This document shows, piece by piece, positions 1 through 10,232 of a DNA stretch of 64,000 nt. Position 1 is the stretch's first letter. The number at the start of each line of letters is the position of its first letter. A program made the position numbers and the translations under genes. Source of the stretch: Alphaproteobacteria bacterium (GTDB lineage Bacteria > Pseudomonadota > Alphaproteobacteria > Micropepsales > Micropepsaceae); NCBI GenBank assembly GCA_024236055.1, contig JACKLF010000004.1:3576-67575 (forward strand). The letters run 5' to 3'. The notes under the pieces were generated by a model. The model was not told the DNA's origin. It was given only the letters and a program-made list of their open reading frames with translations, and did no database searches.

Positions 1-134
1 TGCCGCTGGACCGCCTGCAACTGCTGCTCCAGCGCGGTCAGGCGCGCATCCTCGGCGGTTCCCGCCGCCATGGCCGGGGCGGCCAGCGCCGTTGCCGCGC
101 CCGCACCCAGCAATATCCCGCGCAATGTTGTCAT
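1..134 (-). CDS. N-terminus of a secreted protein (signal peptide plus coiled coil; possibly a porin), runs off the window edge
   Basis: Hand translation from ATG at 134: MTTLRGILLGAGAATALAAPAMAAGTAEDARLTALEQQLQAVQR; AMA-A signal peptidase site; purine-rich GGGGTAAGGG just upstream. Not in the ORF track. Confidence 0.65.
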   Translation of the reverse strand, partial: MTTLRGILLGAGAATALAAPAMAAGTAEDARLTALEQQLQAVQR

Positions 135-413
135 CCCTTACCCCTGCAAGTGCCCGCGCCTGCCCGCCGCTACGGGGTGCACGAATCGTCACGGCCCCGT
201 CATATCACGCCTGCCAGCACCCCGAGCGCGGCCCGGCCGGCCGGGCGCCAAAAGGCGACAGCTTGCGACATTCCCGGTGCTGCGCCGCCGCAAATTGCCG
301 CTATAGTTTTCCCGCAATAAGGGATCGACGGTGCGGGCGGGCCCGCCCCTGTGATTGTCTGTGGGGATATCCGTGCCGAGTTTGACTGAAACCGGACGCG
401 TGGCGGTGCGCGC

Positions 414-3400
414 ATGACCTGGATCGTCAAGGTCGCGCTGGACCGGCCCTATACCTTCATCGTCATGGCGCTGCTGATCCTGATCTTCGGGCCGCTGGCG
501 GCCGTGCGCACCCCCACCGACATCTTCCCCGACATCGGCATTCCCGTGCTGGGCGTGGCCTTCACCTATTCGGGCCTGTCGCCCGACGAGATGGGCTCGC
601 GCATGATGGCCAACTACGAGCGCATCCTGACCACCACGGTCAACGACATCGAGCATGTCGAAAGCCAGTCGATGCCCGGCATCGGCATCGCCAAGATCTA
701 TTTCCAGCCCGATGCCGACATCCGCCTGGCCACCGCCCAGGTCACGTCGATCTCCCAGACCGCCACGCGCATGATGCCGCCGGGCACCCAGCCGCCGCTG
801 ATCGTGAACTACAGCGCCTCGACCGTGCCGGTGCTGCAGATGGCCTTCTCCAGCGACTCGCTGTCCGAGCAGCAGGTGCTGGACCTGTCGCAGAACTTCG
901 CCCGCCCGCGCCTGTCGACGGTGCGTGGTGCGGCCATTCCCTATTCCTATGGCGGCAAGTACCGCTCGGTGCTGATCGACCTTGACCCCACCGCCATGCA
1001 GGCGCGCGGCCTGTCGGCGCCCGATGTGCAGGCCGCCTTCACCTCCCAGACCCAGATCGTGCCCGCCGGCAACATCAAGATCGGTTCCTTCCAGTATGTG
1101 GTGAAGCTGAACAACGCCGCCGACACGATCGCGGCGCTGAACGAGATGCCGGTCAAGACCGTCAATGGCGGCACCATCTTCCTGCACGACGTCGCCCATG
1201 TGCGCGACGGCAACTCGATCCAGCAGAACATCGTGCATGTGAACGGCAACCGCGCGGTGCTGTCGACCGTGCTCAAGCACGGCTCGGCCTCGACCCTGGA
1301 TGTGGTGCAGGGCATCAAGGACCTTCTGCCGACGCTGCGCCAGCAGCTTCCCGAGGCGCTGAAGATCGACATCCTGTCCGATCAGTCGCTGTTCGTGAAG
1401 GCCGCGGTGAACGGCGTGGTGCGCGAGGGTGCGGTCGCCGCCGCCCTGACCAGCCTGTTGATCCTGCTGTTCCTGGGAAGCTGGCGATCCACCGTGATCA
1501 TCGCCACCTCGATCCCGCTGGCGGTGCTGTGCGCGCTGATCGGGTTGTGGGCGTCGGGCCAGACGCTGAACATCATGACCCTGGGCGGGCTGGCGCTGGC
1601 GGTGGGCATCCTGGTCGACGACGCCACCGTGACCATCGAGAACATCAACTGGCACCTGGAGCAGGGCAAGAGCGTCTATGACTCCATCATGGACGGCGCG
1701 CGCCAGATCGTGCAGCCCGCCTTCGTGTCGCTGCTGTGCATCTGCGTCGCCTTCGTGCCCATGTTCTCGCTGACCGGCGTGGCCGGCTACCTGTTCGTGC
1801 CCATGGCGCTCAGCGTGGTCTATGCGATGATCGCCTCCTTCGTGCTGTCGCGCACGCTCGTGCCGACCCTGTCGCTGTATCTGCTGAGGCCCCACAAGAT
1901 GGACGCCGAAGGCCATCACGACACCGCGCCCAACCAGCTGGGCCGGCTGCAGCGCCGTTTCGAGACCTGGTTCATGGAAGTGCGCGAGAGCTATCGCAAC
2001 GTCCTGGCGCTGGCCATGTCGATGCGCCGGCCCTTCGTGATCGGCTTCCTGGCGGTCATCGGCGCCTCGCTGCTGCTGCTGCCCTTCCTGGGCCGCGACT
2101 TCTTCCCCGCCGTGGACAGCGGCCAGATCACCCTGCATGCGCGAACCCCCACCGGTACGCGCGTCGAGGACACCACCCAGATCGTCGCCCAGATCGAGCG
2201 CGAGGTGCGCCGCATCATCCCGCCGGGCGAGCTGGCGACCATCGTGGACAATGTCGGCCTCAACATGAGCCCGATCAACATGACCTACAACAATTCGGGC
2301 ACGGTGGGCCTGCAGGACAGCGACATCTTCATCACCCTGAAGGAGGGCCATGCGCCCACCGCCGACTATGTGCGGACCATGCGCGAAAAGCTGCCCCGGC
2401 TGTTCCCCGCCGTCACCTTTTCCTATCCGCCGCCCGACATCACCAGCCAGATCCTGAACTTCGGCGCGCCCGCGCCGCTGGACATTCAGATTGCCGGCAG
2501 AGACCAGGATGAGGCGGAAATCTTCGGCCAGCGCCTGCTGCGCCAGATCCGCACCATTCCGGGCATCGCCGATGCGCGCATCCAGCAGTCGCGCAACATG
2601 CCGCGCCTGAATGTCGCCGCCGACCGCAGCCGCATGGCCCAGCTTGGCCTGACCGAGCGCGACGTGACCAACGCCCTGGCCACCAGCCTGGCGGGCACGT
2701 CCCAGTCGGCGCCGAACTTCTGGCTCAATCCCAAGAACGGCGTTTCCTACACGATGACGGCGCAGATGCCGGAATACAAAATCGACTCGCTGGAGGCGCT
2801 GCAGAACCTGCCCGTCACCGGCGCGGGCGCCAAGGAGCCGCAGGTGCTGGGCGGCCTGGTCTCCATCAGCCGCGCCCAGGGCCCGGCGGTCGTCACCCAT
2901 TACGACATCCAGCCCACCATCGACCTGTTCGCCACCACCCAGGACCGCGACCTGGGCGCGGTGGCCGACGATGTGCAGAAGGTGATCGACGCCAACAGGC
3001 AGTATCTGCCGCGCGGCGCCACCGTGACCCTGCGCGGCCAGGTCGCCACCATGAAGACCGCCTTCTCGGGCCTGACCTGGGGCCTGCTGGCGGCGGTGGT
3101 GCTGATCTATCTGCTGATCGTGGTGAACTTCCAGTCCTGGACCGATCCCTTCGTCATCATCACCGCCCTGCCCGCGGCGCTGGCCGGGATCATCTGGATC
3201 CTGTTCATCACCGGCACCACCCTGTCGGTGCCCGCCCTGACCGGCGCGATCATGTGCATGGGCGTGGCCACCGCCAACTCGATCCTGGTCATCAGCTTCG
3301 CGCGCGAACGCCTGGCGGTGCATGGCGATGCGGTGCTGGCCGCGGTCGAGGCGGGCGTGACGCGCTTTCGCCCGGTGATGATGACCGCGCTGGCCATGAT

Positions 3401-3605
3401 CATCGGCATGACGCCGATGGCGCTGGGCCTGGGCGATGGCGGCGAACAGAATGCGCCGCTTGGCCGCGCGGTGATCGGCGGCCTGATTTTTGCCACCTGC
3501 GCCACGCTGATGTTCGTGCCGGTGGTCTTCAGCATCCTGCATGAGCGCCGGCTGCGCCGCGCCGCCGCCCGTGCAAACGAGTCCGGAGAAGCCTCCTATG
3601 CCTGA
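414..3605 (+). CDS. RND efflux transporter permease (AcrB/AcrD/AcrF family)
   Basis: 1063 aa; motifs DIFPDI, GILVDDATVTIENI, RFRPVMMT, APLGRAVIGG. Confidence 0.95.
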   Translation: MTWIVKVALDRPYTFIVMALLILIFGPLAAVRTPTDIFPDIGIPVLGVAFTYSGLSPDEMGSRMMANYERILTTTVNDIEHVESQSMPGIGIAKIYFQPDADIRLATAQVTSISQTATRMMPPGTQPPLIVNYSASTVPVLQMAFSSDSLSEQQVLDLSQNFARPRLSTVRGAAIPYSYGGKYRSVLIDLDPTAMQARGLSAPDVQAAFTSQTQIVPAGNIKIGSFQYVVKLNNAADTIAALNEMPVKTVNGGTIFLHDVAHVRDGNSIQQNIVHVNGNRAVLSTVLKHGSASTLDVVQGIKDLLPTLRQQLPEALKIDILSDQSLFVKAAVNGVVREGAVAAALTSLLILLFLGSWRSTVIIATSIPLAVLCALIGLWASGQTLNIMTLGGLALAVGILVDDATVTIENINWHLEQGKSVYDSIMDGARQIVQPAFVSLLCICVAFVPMFSLTGVAGYLFVPMALSVVYAMIASFVLSRTLVPTLSLYLLRPHKMDAEGHHDTAPNQLGRLQRRFETWFMEVRESYRNVLALAMSMRRPFVIGFLAVIGASLLLLPFLGRDFFPAVDSGQITLHARTPTGTRVEDTTQIVAQIEREVRRIIPPGELATIVDNVGLNMSPINMTYNNSGTVGLQDSDIFITLKEGHAPTADYVRTMREKLPRLFPAVTFSYPPPDITSQILNFGAPAPLDIQIAGRDQDEAEIFGQRLLRQIRTIPGIADARIQQSRNMPRLNVAADRSRMAQLGLTERDVTNALATSLAGTSQSAPNFWLNPKNGVSYTMTAQMPEYKIDSLEALQNLPVTGAGAKEPQVLGGLVSISRAQGPAVVTHYDIQPTIDLFATTQDRDLGAVADDVQKVIDANRQYLPRGATVTLRGQVATMKTAFSGLTWGLLAAVVLIYLLIVVNFQSWTDPFVIITALPAALAGIIWILFITGTTLSVPALTGAIMCMGVATANSILVISFARERLAVHGDAVLAAVEAGVTRFRPVMMTALAMIIGMTPMALGLGDGGEQNAPLGRAVIGGLIFATCATLMFVPVVFSILHERRLRRAAARANESGEASYA

Positions 3606-4779
3606 CAAGAACCCGGACGATTCGCCCGGACCGGTGCGCGAGCAGATGCTGCGCTATGAAAAGCCCGCCGGCCTGAAGCGCTGGGGCATCCTGGCGCTGG
3701 TGGCGGCCTGCCTGGTCGCCGCCGCGGGCATCGGCCTGCGCTGGTACCAGGGCCTTGAGACCCGCGAATGGACCGACGACCAGGCCGTGCCCACGGTTCA
3801 GGTCATTCGCCTGGCCCCCCCCGCCAAGGGCGGCGCGCTGAACCTGCCCGGCGACATCCAGGCCTATTCCAACGCCCCGATCCACGCCCAGGTCAGCGGC
3901 TATGTGAAAGCCTGGCATGTCGACATCGGCGCGCATGTGAAAAAGGGCCAGCTTCTGGCCGAACTGGACACGCCCGACCTGGACGGTCAGGTGCAGCAGG
4001 GCCGCGCCGACCTGACCAGCGCGGTCAGCGCCCAGAAACTGTCCGCCGCCACCGCCCAGCGCTGGAACACGCTGTTCGCGCAGGGCGCGGTGTCGCGCCA
4101 GGACAAGGACATCAAGGACGCCGACCTGGACGCCAAGAACGCCGCCGTCGCGGCGGCCCGCGCCAATCTCTACAGCCTGCAGGCCAAGGTGGGCTTCAAG
4201 CGCCTGGTCGCGCCGTTTGACGGCATCGTGACCAGCCGCGCGGTGGATGTGGGCGCGCTGGTCACCAGCGGCATGAGCGCCACGCCCCTGTTCACCGTCT
4301 CCGACCAGACGAAGCTGCGCATCTATGTCCGGGTGCCGCAGAACTATGCCTCGGCGATCCGCCCCGGCATGAAGGTCACCTTCACGGTGCCGCAATATCC
4401 CGGCCGCGAATTCGATGCCGAGCTGGCCGCCAGCGCCGGCGCCGTCGATGCCGCCTCCGGCACCATGCTGGTGCAGTTCGTGACACCCAATCCCGACGGC
4501 GTGCTGCAGCCGGGCGGCTATGCCCAGATCAGCCTGCCGCTTCCCTCCGGCATCCACGGCGTGCGCATTCCCGCCACCGCACTGATGTTCCGCGACCAGG
4601 GCATGATGGTGGCGACGGTCGACGACCAGAACCATGTGCGGCTGAAGGTGCTGAACATCCTGCGCGACCTGGGCCAGTCGGTGGACGCCACCGGCGTGAC
4701 CCGCGCCGACCGCATCATCGACAATCCTGCCGATTCGCTGGCAGAGGGCGATCTGGTCGCGGTCGCCCAGGCCAAATAG
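3598..4779 (+). CDS. RND efflux periplasmic adaptor (membrane fusion protein)
   Basis: N-terminal TM segment, lipoyl-like VDIGAHVKKGQLLAEL, APFDGIVTSR; ATG 3598 after GGAGAA overlaps the permease stop. Confidence 0.93.
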   Translation: MPDKNPDDSPGPVREQMLRYEKPAGLKRWGILALVAACLVAAAGIGLRWYQGLETREWTDDQAVPTVQVIRLAPPAKGGALNLPGDIQAYSNAPIHAQVSGYVKAWHVDIGAHVKKGQLLAELDTPDLDGQVQQGRADLTSAVSAQKLSAATAQRWNTLFAQGAVSRQDKDIKDADLDAKNAAVAAARANLYSLQAKVGFKRLVAPFDGIVTSRAVDVGALVTSGMSATPLFTVSDQTKLRIYVRVPQNYASAIRPGMKVTFTVPQYPGREFDAELAASAGAVDAASGTMLVQFVTPNPDGVLQPGGYAQISLPLPSGIHGVRIPATALMFRDQGMMVATVDDQNHVRLKVLNILRDLGQSVDATGVTRADRIIDNPADSLAEGDLVAVAQAK

Positions 4780-4855
4780 CCGCGAATTTCCCGCTTGTGG
4801 CATCGGCGGCGCCGCGCCGCTATAAGACCGCTCTTGTGCCGGAGGAAACGAGTCT

Positions 4856-5353
4856 ATGCGTGGATTGCTGAAATTGATGGTGCTGGCCCTGGTGCCGCTG
4901 ATGGCGCTGACCGCCTGCGACAAGAAGTCGGACGCCGCGCCCAGCGCCGCCTATGACCTGTCGCCGGAGTCAAACGCCCGCTTCCTGGCCGATTATGCCA
5001 AGCGGCCCGGCGTGGTGCGCGTGGCCGACGGGCTGATGTACCGGGTGCTGGAAAAGGGCAATGGCCCCACGGTGCAGAAGGCCAACGACATCGTCACCGT
5101 CTATTACCGCGGCGCGCTGATCAACGGCATGGTCTTCGACAAGACCCAGCCCGACGAGCCGCGCCAGTTTCCCGCCGGCGGGCTGATCCCCGGCTGGGTC
5201 GAGGCCCTGGCCAAGATGAAGACTGGCGACATGTGGGAAATCGTCATTCCCGCCTCGCTGGGCTATGGCGAGGACGGCGCGGGCGACCAGATTCCGCCAA
5301 ACCAGACCCTGGTCTTCGTGATGAAGCTGGTGAAGGTCGAATTCGCACCGTAA
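4856..5353 (+). CDS. FKBP-type peptidyl-prolyl isomerase, lipoprotein
   Basis: Lipobox LTAC; VYYRGALING, LIPGWVEAL, IPASLGYG, IPPNQTLVF. Confidence 0.92.
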   Translation: MRGLLKLMVLALVPLMALTACDKKSDAAPSAAYDLSPESNARFLADYAKRPGVVRVADGLMYRVLEKGNGPTVQKANDIVTVYYRGALINGMVFDKTQPDEPRQFPAGGLIPGWVEALAKMKTGDMWEIVIPASLGYGEDGAGDQIPPNQTLVFVMKLVKVEFAP

Positions 5354-5360
5354 CTCTTGA

Positions 5361-5606
5361 ACCCCTCTGTCGCAGCGCGGTCCGCCAAGGCGGACCCATC
5401 GCTGCGACACCTCACCCTTCCAGGCGCTGCGCGCCGAAGGGGGAGGAATGTCCGCGTTTGCCCCAACAGGCATTGGTGCAGCCAACGCAGGCCCGCCTCC
5501 CCCTCATGCGCGTCAGCGCATAGGAGGGGGAGGTGGCCGTAGCAACGCGAAGACGCCGCGCGCAATACGCGCGGCGTCAAGCAAAGTTGCGAAGGCCGGA
5601 GGGGGT
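5361..5606. repeat. Inverted pair of GC-rich palindromic intergenic repeat units (REP/RIME/CIR-like)
   Basis: Left unit ACCCCTCTGTC..GACACCTCACCCTTCC..GAAGGGGGAGG (5361-5446); right unit CCTCCCCCTC..GGAGGGGGAGGTGGCC..GGCCGGAGGGGGT (5496-5606) matches its reverse-complement framework; lies between convergent genes. Confidence 0.8.
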
Positions 5607-8299
5607 CAGAATTTATACCCTAAAGTGATACCGCTCATCCGCGGGGCCATCGGCACGCATTGCAGAACGCCCGCGGTATTGGCGATCCCGAATGTGGCGT
5701 TGGGCGCCGAATTCAGGACACCATTATATTCGGGCATGCAGACCGGCGTGTTCAGCACATTGGTCATGTAGACGCCGAAGTCGAACTTGCTGCCGGCAAT
5801 GCCGGTGATGTTCGCCCGCAGGTCCAGAAGACCGTATGAGCCGGTGCGCTGGCTGGGATGGAAGGTCCGCAGGTCGGCATTGTAGCGGCTCTGCCAATAG
5901 TAATGCGCGGTGAAGGAGACATCATCGACCGGCACGCTGGCGATGTCGTGCACACCAGTCGCATAGGTGACCGTCTGGCTGGTCTGCCAGGTCGGCAGCG
6001 GAAAGGGCGTGCCCGACAGGTTGGTGGTGCCGGTGGGCAGCAGGTAACCGGCCGGCGGCGTGAAGGTGTAATCGGTATAATGCGCGTCCAGATAGCTGCC
6101 GCTGCTGGTCACCGTCAGGCCGGGCAGCGGGATCAGGCTGATTTCCCATTCGGCGCCATAGATATGCGCGGTCTTGGCGTTCAGCGTGACATTGTCGTTG
6201 GTGGTGTTGATGCACGAACCGTTGTCGTACAGCGCCTGGGTGCAGGGCACCCCGCCCGGCCCCGTCGCCAGGGTGACATTGGGCAGCGCGGTCAGGATCT
6301 GGATGTCGTGATAGTCGGTGAAGTACGCCGACAGGTTGGTGCGGATCGGCATGTCAAAGAGCGACCAGTCCGACTTGATGCCCGCTTCATAGTCCTGGAC
6401 ATTTTCCGGCTTGGCCACCGTGACCGCCGGATTGATCGCGGTTGAATTGATCGCGCCCGAGCGATAGCCGGACCGGGTGGTGAAATAGACCATGGTGCCG
6501 TCCCACAGGTCGTGGTCGAGCGCCAGGGTCCATGTCGGCTTGTGGAAGCTGGCATAGATATCCTTGTCGCACTGGCTCAGCGGCAGCAGCTTGCCGCTGC
6601 GGTCGGTCAGGGTGCAGGCATGGGTGATGCCGCTATAGCTGATGCCGTTCAGCGTATAGCTGCCCGGATCGTAGACGCCATTGGCGACGCTGGCGGTGGA
6701 AGCGGGCGTGGCCGGGAAGATGTCGGTGCGCGTGCCCATATGGGCATAGCGCTCGTCATAGGTGTAGCGGATGCCCGCGGTCAAGCGGGTGTCGGGGCGC
6801 ACCGACCAGGTCGCCTGGGCATAGCCGGCATAGGAGGTGTTGCGCTGGCTGTTGGCGCTGCCGTCCTGCAGGGTGATGCCCTTGCCCGGCTGGGGAAAGC
6901 CGTTGTTGGGGATGAACAGGTAGAACAGGCCGCCGTCATGCGGGCTGTCTTCCTGGAAGAAGAACAGGCCCGCCGTCCATTTCACCGTGTCGTCGAAGGC
7001 GTTGCCGTTGACCGTCAGCTCGGACTGGTAGGACTTGTAGTCGGGGGTGATGTACTCATAGTCGGCGGTGTCATAGGGCAGGCCGCGCCCGATCGAGGTG
7101 CCGCGATTGTCCCACCAGCGATAGGCGCTCAGCCACTTCACGTCGATGTCGCCGAAATCCTTGTTCACCGTTGCCGACACCGTCTGGTAGTGGCCGATGT
7201 CGCGGTTGGAGACGGTCTGCTCGGTGCTCCAGAAGCCGTATTTCTGCTCGCGCAGCACCGACTGCTGCAGCGAATTGTAGTTGGCCGGGTCTGTCGACAC
7301 CGGCCCCACGCCCGCCGGGCTGTAGGAGCTGTAATAGGGCGCGATCTTGTGGCCCAGAAGATCGGTGAAGCCGATGCAGGCACCCGGAATGTTGCAGATC
7401 GCGGGGCGGCCGAAGCGCAGGCCCTTGCCGTCGAAGGCACTGATCGAATGATAGGTCGAGCCGGTGTCATGTTCGGCCGCCAGGTTGGCGCGCACGATCA
7501 CGTCGAAGCTCTCATCCGGCTGCCACTTCAGCGACAGGTTGGCGGCGATCTTGTTGGAGCCCATGGCCGGCTGGCTGTTCCGGTAGCCGCTCGCCGGGTC
7601 GTAGTAGTAGTTGGCGACATAGCCGCGCTGGTCGCTGACCTGGGCGGCGGCGCGGAAGAAAAGCTGATCGGTCAGCGGAATGTTGATCGCGCCCTGGACC
7701 TGGGCGCGGCCATAATCGCCCAGCGTGGCGTGCACATAGCCGCCAAAGCTGCTGTCCGGCTCGCGCGTGCGGTACATGATCGCGCCGCCCGTGGTGTTGC
7801 GCCCCACCAGCGTGCCCTGGGGCCCCTTCAGAACTTCCACGCTGTCGATGTCGAACAGCCCGCCGCTCAGCCCCACCGGGCGGGCCAGGTAGACGCCGTC
7901 CATATAGACCGCCGCGGCCGGGTCGAAGGACATCACCGACTGGCCCGAGCTGGAATCGAAGTCGCGCTGGCCGCGAATGGTGACGTTCAGCGTGTCCTGG
8001 CGGAAGGTGGTGGGGGCGATATGAACGGAAGGGGCGACATAGCGCAGATCCTCGATGGTGCGGATGTTCAGCCGGTCCAGGTCGTCCTGGCTGAAGGTCG
8101 ACATCGAAATCGGGACCGACTGTTCGTTCTCGAACCGCTTGCGGGCGGTGACGACCACCGTTTCCAGCCCGTTGGCGCCGACCGAAAAGCTGCTGGGGGG
8201 CGCGCTGGCCTGGGCGGACGCCGGGGCGCTGAAGGCCACCAGGCCGGGCAGCGCCAGGGCGGTGGAGGCGCAAAGAGCCGAAAGCAGGCGGTTGGACAT
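5606..8299 (-). CDS. TonB-dependent receptor
   Basis: Signal peptide, TonB box ETVVVTARK, plug motifs IRG and VEVLKGPQGTLVGRN, C-terminal YKF. Confidence 0.95.
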   Translation of the reverse strand: MSNRLLSALCASTALALPGLVAFSAPASAQASAPPSSFSVGANGLETVVVTARKRFENEQSVPISMSTFSQDDLDRLNIRTIEDLRYVAPSVHIAPTTFRQDTLNVTIRGQRDFDSSSGQSVMSFDPAAAVYMDGVYLARPVGLSGGLFDIDSVEVLKGPQGTLVGRNTTGGAIMYRTREPDSSFGGYVHATLGDYGRAQVQGAINIPLTDQLFFRAAAQVSDQRGYVANYYYDPASGYRNSQPAMGSNKIAANLSLKWQPDESFDVIVRANLAAEHDTGSTYHSISAFDGKGLRFGRPAICNIPGACIGFTDLLGHKIAPYYSSYSPAGVGPVSTDPANYNSLQQSVLREQKYGFWSTEQTVSNRDIGHYQTVSATVNKDFGDIDVKWLSAYRWWDNRGTSIGRGLPYDTADYEYITPDYKSYQSELTVNGNAFDDTVKWTAGLFFFQEDSPHDGGLFYLFIPNNGFPQPGKGITLQDGSANSQRNTSYAGYAQATWSVRPDTRLTAGIRYTYDERYAHMGTRTDIFPATPASTASVANGVYDPGSYTLNGISYSGITHACTLTDRSGKLLPLSQCDKDIYASFHKPTWTLALDHDLWDGTMVYFTTRSGYRSGAINSTAINPAVTVAKPENVQDYEAGIKSDWSLFDMPIRTNLSAYFTDYHDIQILTALPNVTLATGPGGVPCTQALYDNGSCINTTNDNVTLNAKTAHIYGAEWEISLIPLPGLTVTSSGSYLDAHYTDYTFTPPAGYLLPTGTTNLSGTPFPLPTWQTSQTVTYATGVHDIASVPVDDVSFTAHYYWQSRYNADLRTFHPSQRTGSYGLLDLRANITGIAGSKFDFGVYMTNVLNTPVCMPEYNGVLNSAPNATFGIANTAGVLQCVPMAPRMSGITLGYKF

Positions 8300-8483
8300 G
8301 GCATTTCCCCAAGACGTTGTGGGGCCGGACTTTTCTCGTATCCTGGCCCGTCAAAAATCCCCTTCGCTCTAACGGAATCGGGGGGGCCGATAAAGCCAAT
8401 GCGGCGGGTGCGCGGCAAATCGGGAAAATTTCCTTGGGCGCGCCGGGGCCGCTATGGTGGCGCTTCGATTTCATGAGGCAACA

Positions 8484-9224
8484 ATGACAAAAATCGCAAT
8501 GATTACAGGCGCGGGCAGCGGCGTGGGCCGGGCGGTGGCCAAGGGGCTTTCGGCAGCCGGCTTCTCGGTGGTGCTGGTGGGCCGGCGCAAGGACGCGCTG
8601 GAAGAGACCGCGGCCCAGCTTTCCGGCGAGGCTTTGGTGGTCCCCGCCGATGTCGGCGATCCGGCCCAGGTCAAGGACGTTTTCGCCCAGACCGCGAAAC
8701 GCTTCGGGCGGCTGGACCTTTTGTTCAACAATGCCGGCATGGGCACCCCCGCCGTGCCCATCGAGGATCTGCCCTTCGAAAAGTGGCAGGCCTGCGTGGC
8801 GGTGAACCTGACCGGCGCCTTCCTGTGCACCCAGGAAGCGGTGCGGATGATGAAGGCGCAATCGCCGCGCGGCGGTCGCATCATCAACAACGGCTCGATC
8901 AGCGCCGACCGCCCGCGCCCCCATTCGGCGCCCTATACCGCGACCAAGCACGCCATCACGGGCCTGACCAAATCGACCATCCTGGACGGGCGGCCCTTCG
9001 ACATCACCGCCGGGCAGGTGGACATCGGCAACGCGGCCACTGAAATGACCGAGCGGATGACCCAGGGCGTGCTGCAGCCCGACGGCAAGCTGGCGGTGGA
9101 GCCGCGCATGGATGTGCGCCATGTCGCCGATGCGGTGGTTTACATGGCTGGCCTGCCGCTGGACGCCAATGTCCCCTTCCTGACGGTCATGGCGACCAAG
9201 ATGCCGCTCTATGGGCGCGGCTGA
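8484..9224 (+). CDS. Short-chain dehydrogenase/reductase
   Basis: [12 protein letters not shown], catalytic YTATK; start moved to ATG 8484 after GAGG. Confidence 0.93.
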   Translation: MTKIAMITGAGSGVGRAVAKGLSAAGFSVVLVGRRKDALEETAAQLSGEALVVPADVGDPAQVKDVFAQTAKRFGRLDLLFNNAGMGTPAVPIEDLPFEKWQACVAVNLTGAFLCTQEAVRMMKAQSPRGGRIINNGSISADRPRPHSAPYTATKHAITGLTKSTILDGRPFDITAGQVDIGNAATEMTERMTQGVLQPDGKLAVEPRMDVRHVADAVVYMAGLPLDANVPFLTVMATKMPLYGRG

Positions 9225-9265
9225 CGCCGCACGATCGGTGACATTTGAGATGGTAACAGCCCCGA

Positions 9266-9291
9266 TCCCGCCCGGCGGCCGCCGGGCGGGA
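9266..9291. terminator. GC-rich palindrome downstream of the SDR gene, possible terminator
   Basis: TCCCGCCCGGCGGCCGCCGGGCGGGA is a perfect palindrome; the T-run is several nt away. Confidence 0.4.
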
Positions 9292-9487
9292 CGGAAATTT
9301 TGACGCAAAACTGCAAAATTGGGCTCCCAACCGGCCCCGGTCGCACCCAAAACCGGTGGGCATTTGCCCCGGCCGGCCGATTTCGGAACCCCACCCCCTT
9401 GTGCGCTGCGGCACCAAACACGATATTGAGCGTTAATAGGACTCGCCGGTAACGGTATTTTATTGCAGATCAGCTATTTGGTGGGGC

Positions 9488-10210
9488 ATGAGCAATCGTA
9501 GCGCAGTTTTTGGAGCGCTTTGCGCCGTCCTGGCCCTTGGGGCCTGCACCACCTCCGATCCGGAGGCGCTGGCGCAAAACGACCCCTTTGAGCCCACGAA
9601 CCGGGCGATCTTCGACTTCGACATCCAGGTCGATCACGCCGTCGCGCGGCCGCTGGCGAAATTCTATCGCAGCGCGGTCCCGGCCGTGGCACGCCAGGGC
9701 GTGCACAATGCGCTGACCAACCTGAATTCGCCGGTCGTCTTCACCAACGACGTCCTGCAGGGCGAGGGCGACAAGGCCACCGACACCTTCGGCCGTTTCA
9801 TGGTCAACTCCACCGTCGGCCTGGCGGGCCTGATCGATGTCGCCACCAAGCTGGGCATCCCCTATCACGACAATGATTTCGGCATCACCATGGGCAAGTG
9901 GGGCTCAGCGGAAGGTTCCTACCTGGTTCTGCCCTTCGCCGGCCCCAAGCCGCCGCGCGACCTGGTCGGCACCGGCGTGGACATCGCCTTCGATCCCACC
10001 ACCTATATGAGCTGGAACAATTCCACGCTTTACATGATCGTGCGCGGCGGCATGGGCGTTCTGGACGAACGCACGGCCACGCTGGATCAGGTGGAGTCGA
10101 TCGAACGCTCGTCCATCGACTTCTACGCCACCACGCGCAACCTGTACCGCCAGCATCGCAACGCCCAGATCAATGGCGGCACCGACCTGGACAACCTGCC
10201 GAACCTGTAG
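9488..10210 (+). CDS. mlaA: MlaA/VacJ family lipoprotein
   Basis: Lipobox LGAC; DPFEPTNR, RFMVNSTVGLAGLIDVA, DFGITMGKWG, YLVLPFAGP. Confidence 0.92.
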   Translation: MSNRSAVFGALCAVLALGACTTSDPEALAQNDPFEPTNRAIFDFDIQVDHAVARPLAKFYRSAVPAVARQGVHNALTNLNSPVVFTNDVLQGEGDKATDTFGRFMVNSTVGLAGLIDVATKLGIPYHDNDFGITMGKWGSAEGSYLVLPFAGPKPPRDLVGTGVDIAFDPTTYMSWNNSTLYMIVRGGMGVLDERTATLDQVESIERSSIDFYATTRNLYRQHRNAQINGGTDLDNLPNL

Positions 10211-10232
10211 GAACGCAGACGGCGCAATCGCG

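Noticed and set aside
187-203. CGTCAC-N5-CGTCAT, Pho-box-like 11-bp-spaced repeat
   Set aside because: Only two weak units, oriented away from the porin-like gene; insufficient support.
189-3608. Very long antisense ORFs (189-3608, 31475-34522, 38596-41712, 44206-47610, 49817-52288 and others)
   Set aside because: Shadow frames of GC-rich genes; no recognisable motifs, and each overlaps a well-supported gene on the other strand.
5361-5606. Repeat region as a CRISPR array or tRNA
   Set aside because: No regular repeat-spacer periodicity, no cas genes, no cloverleaf or T-loop motif.
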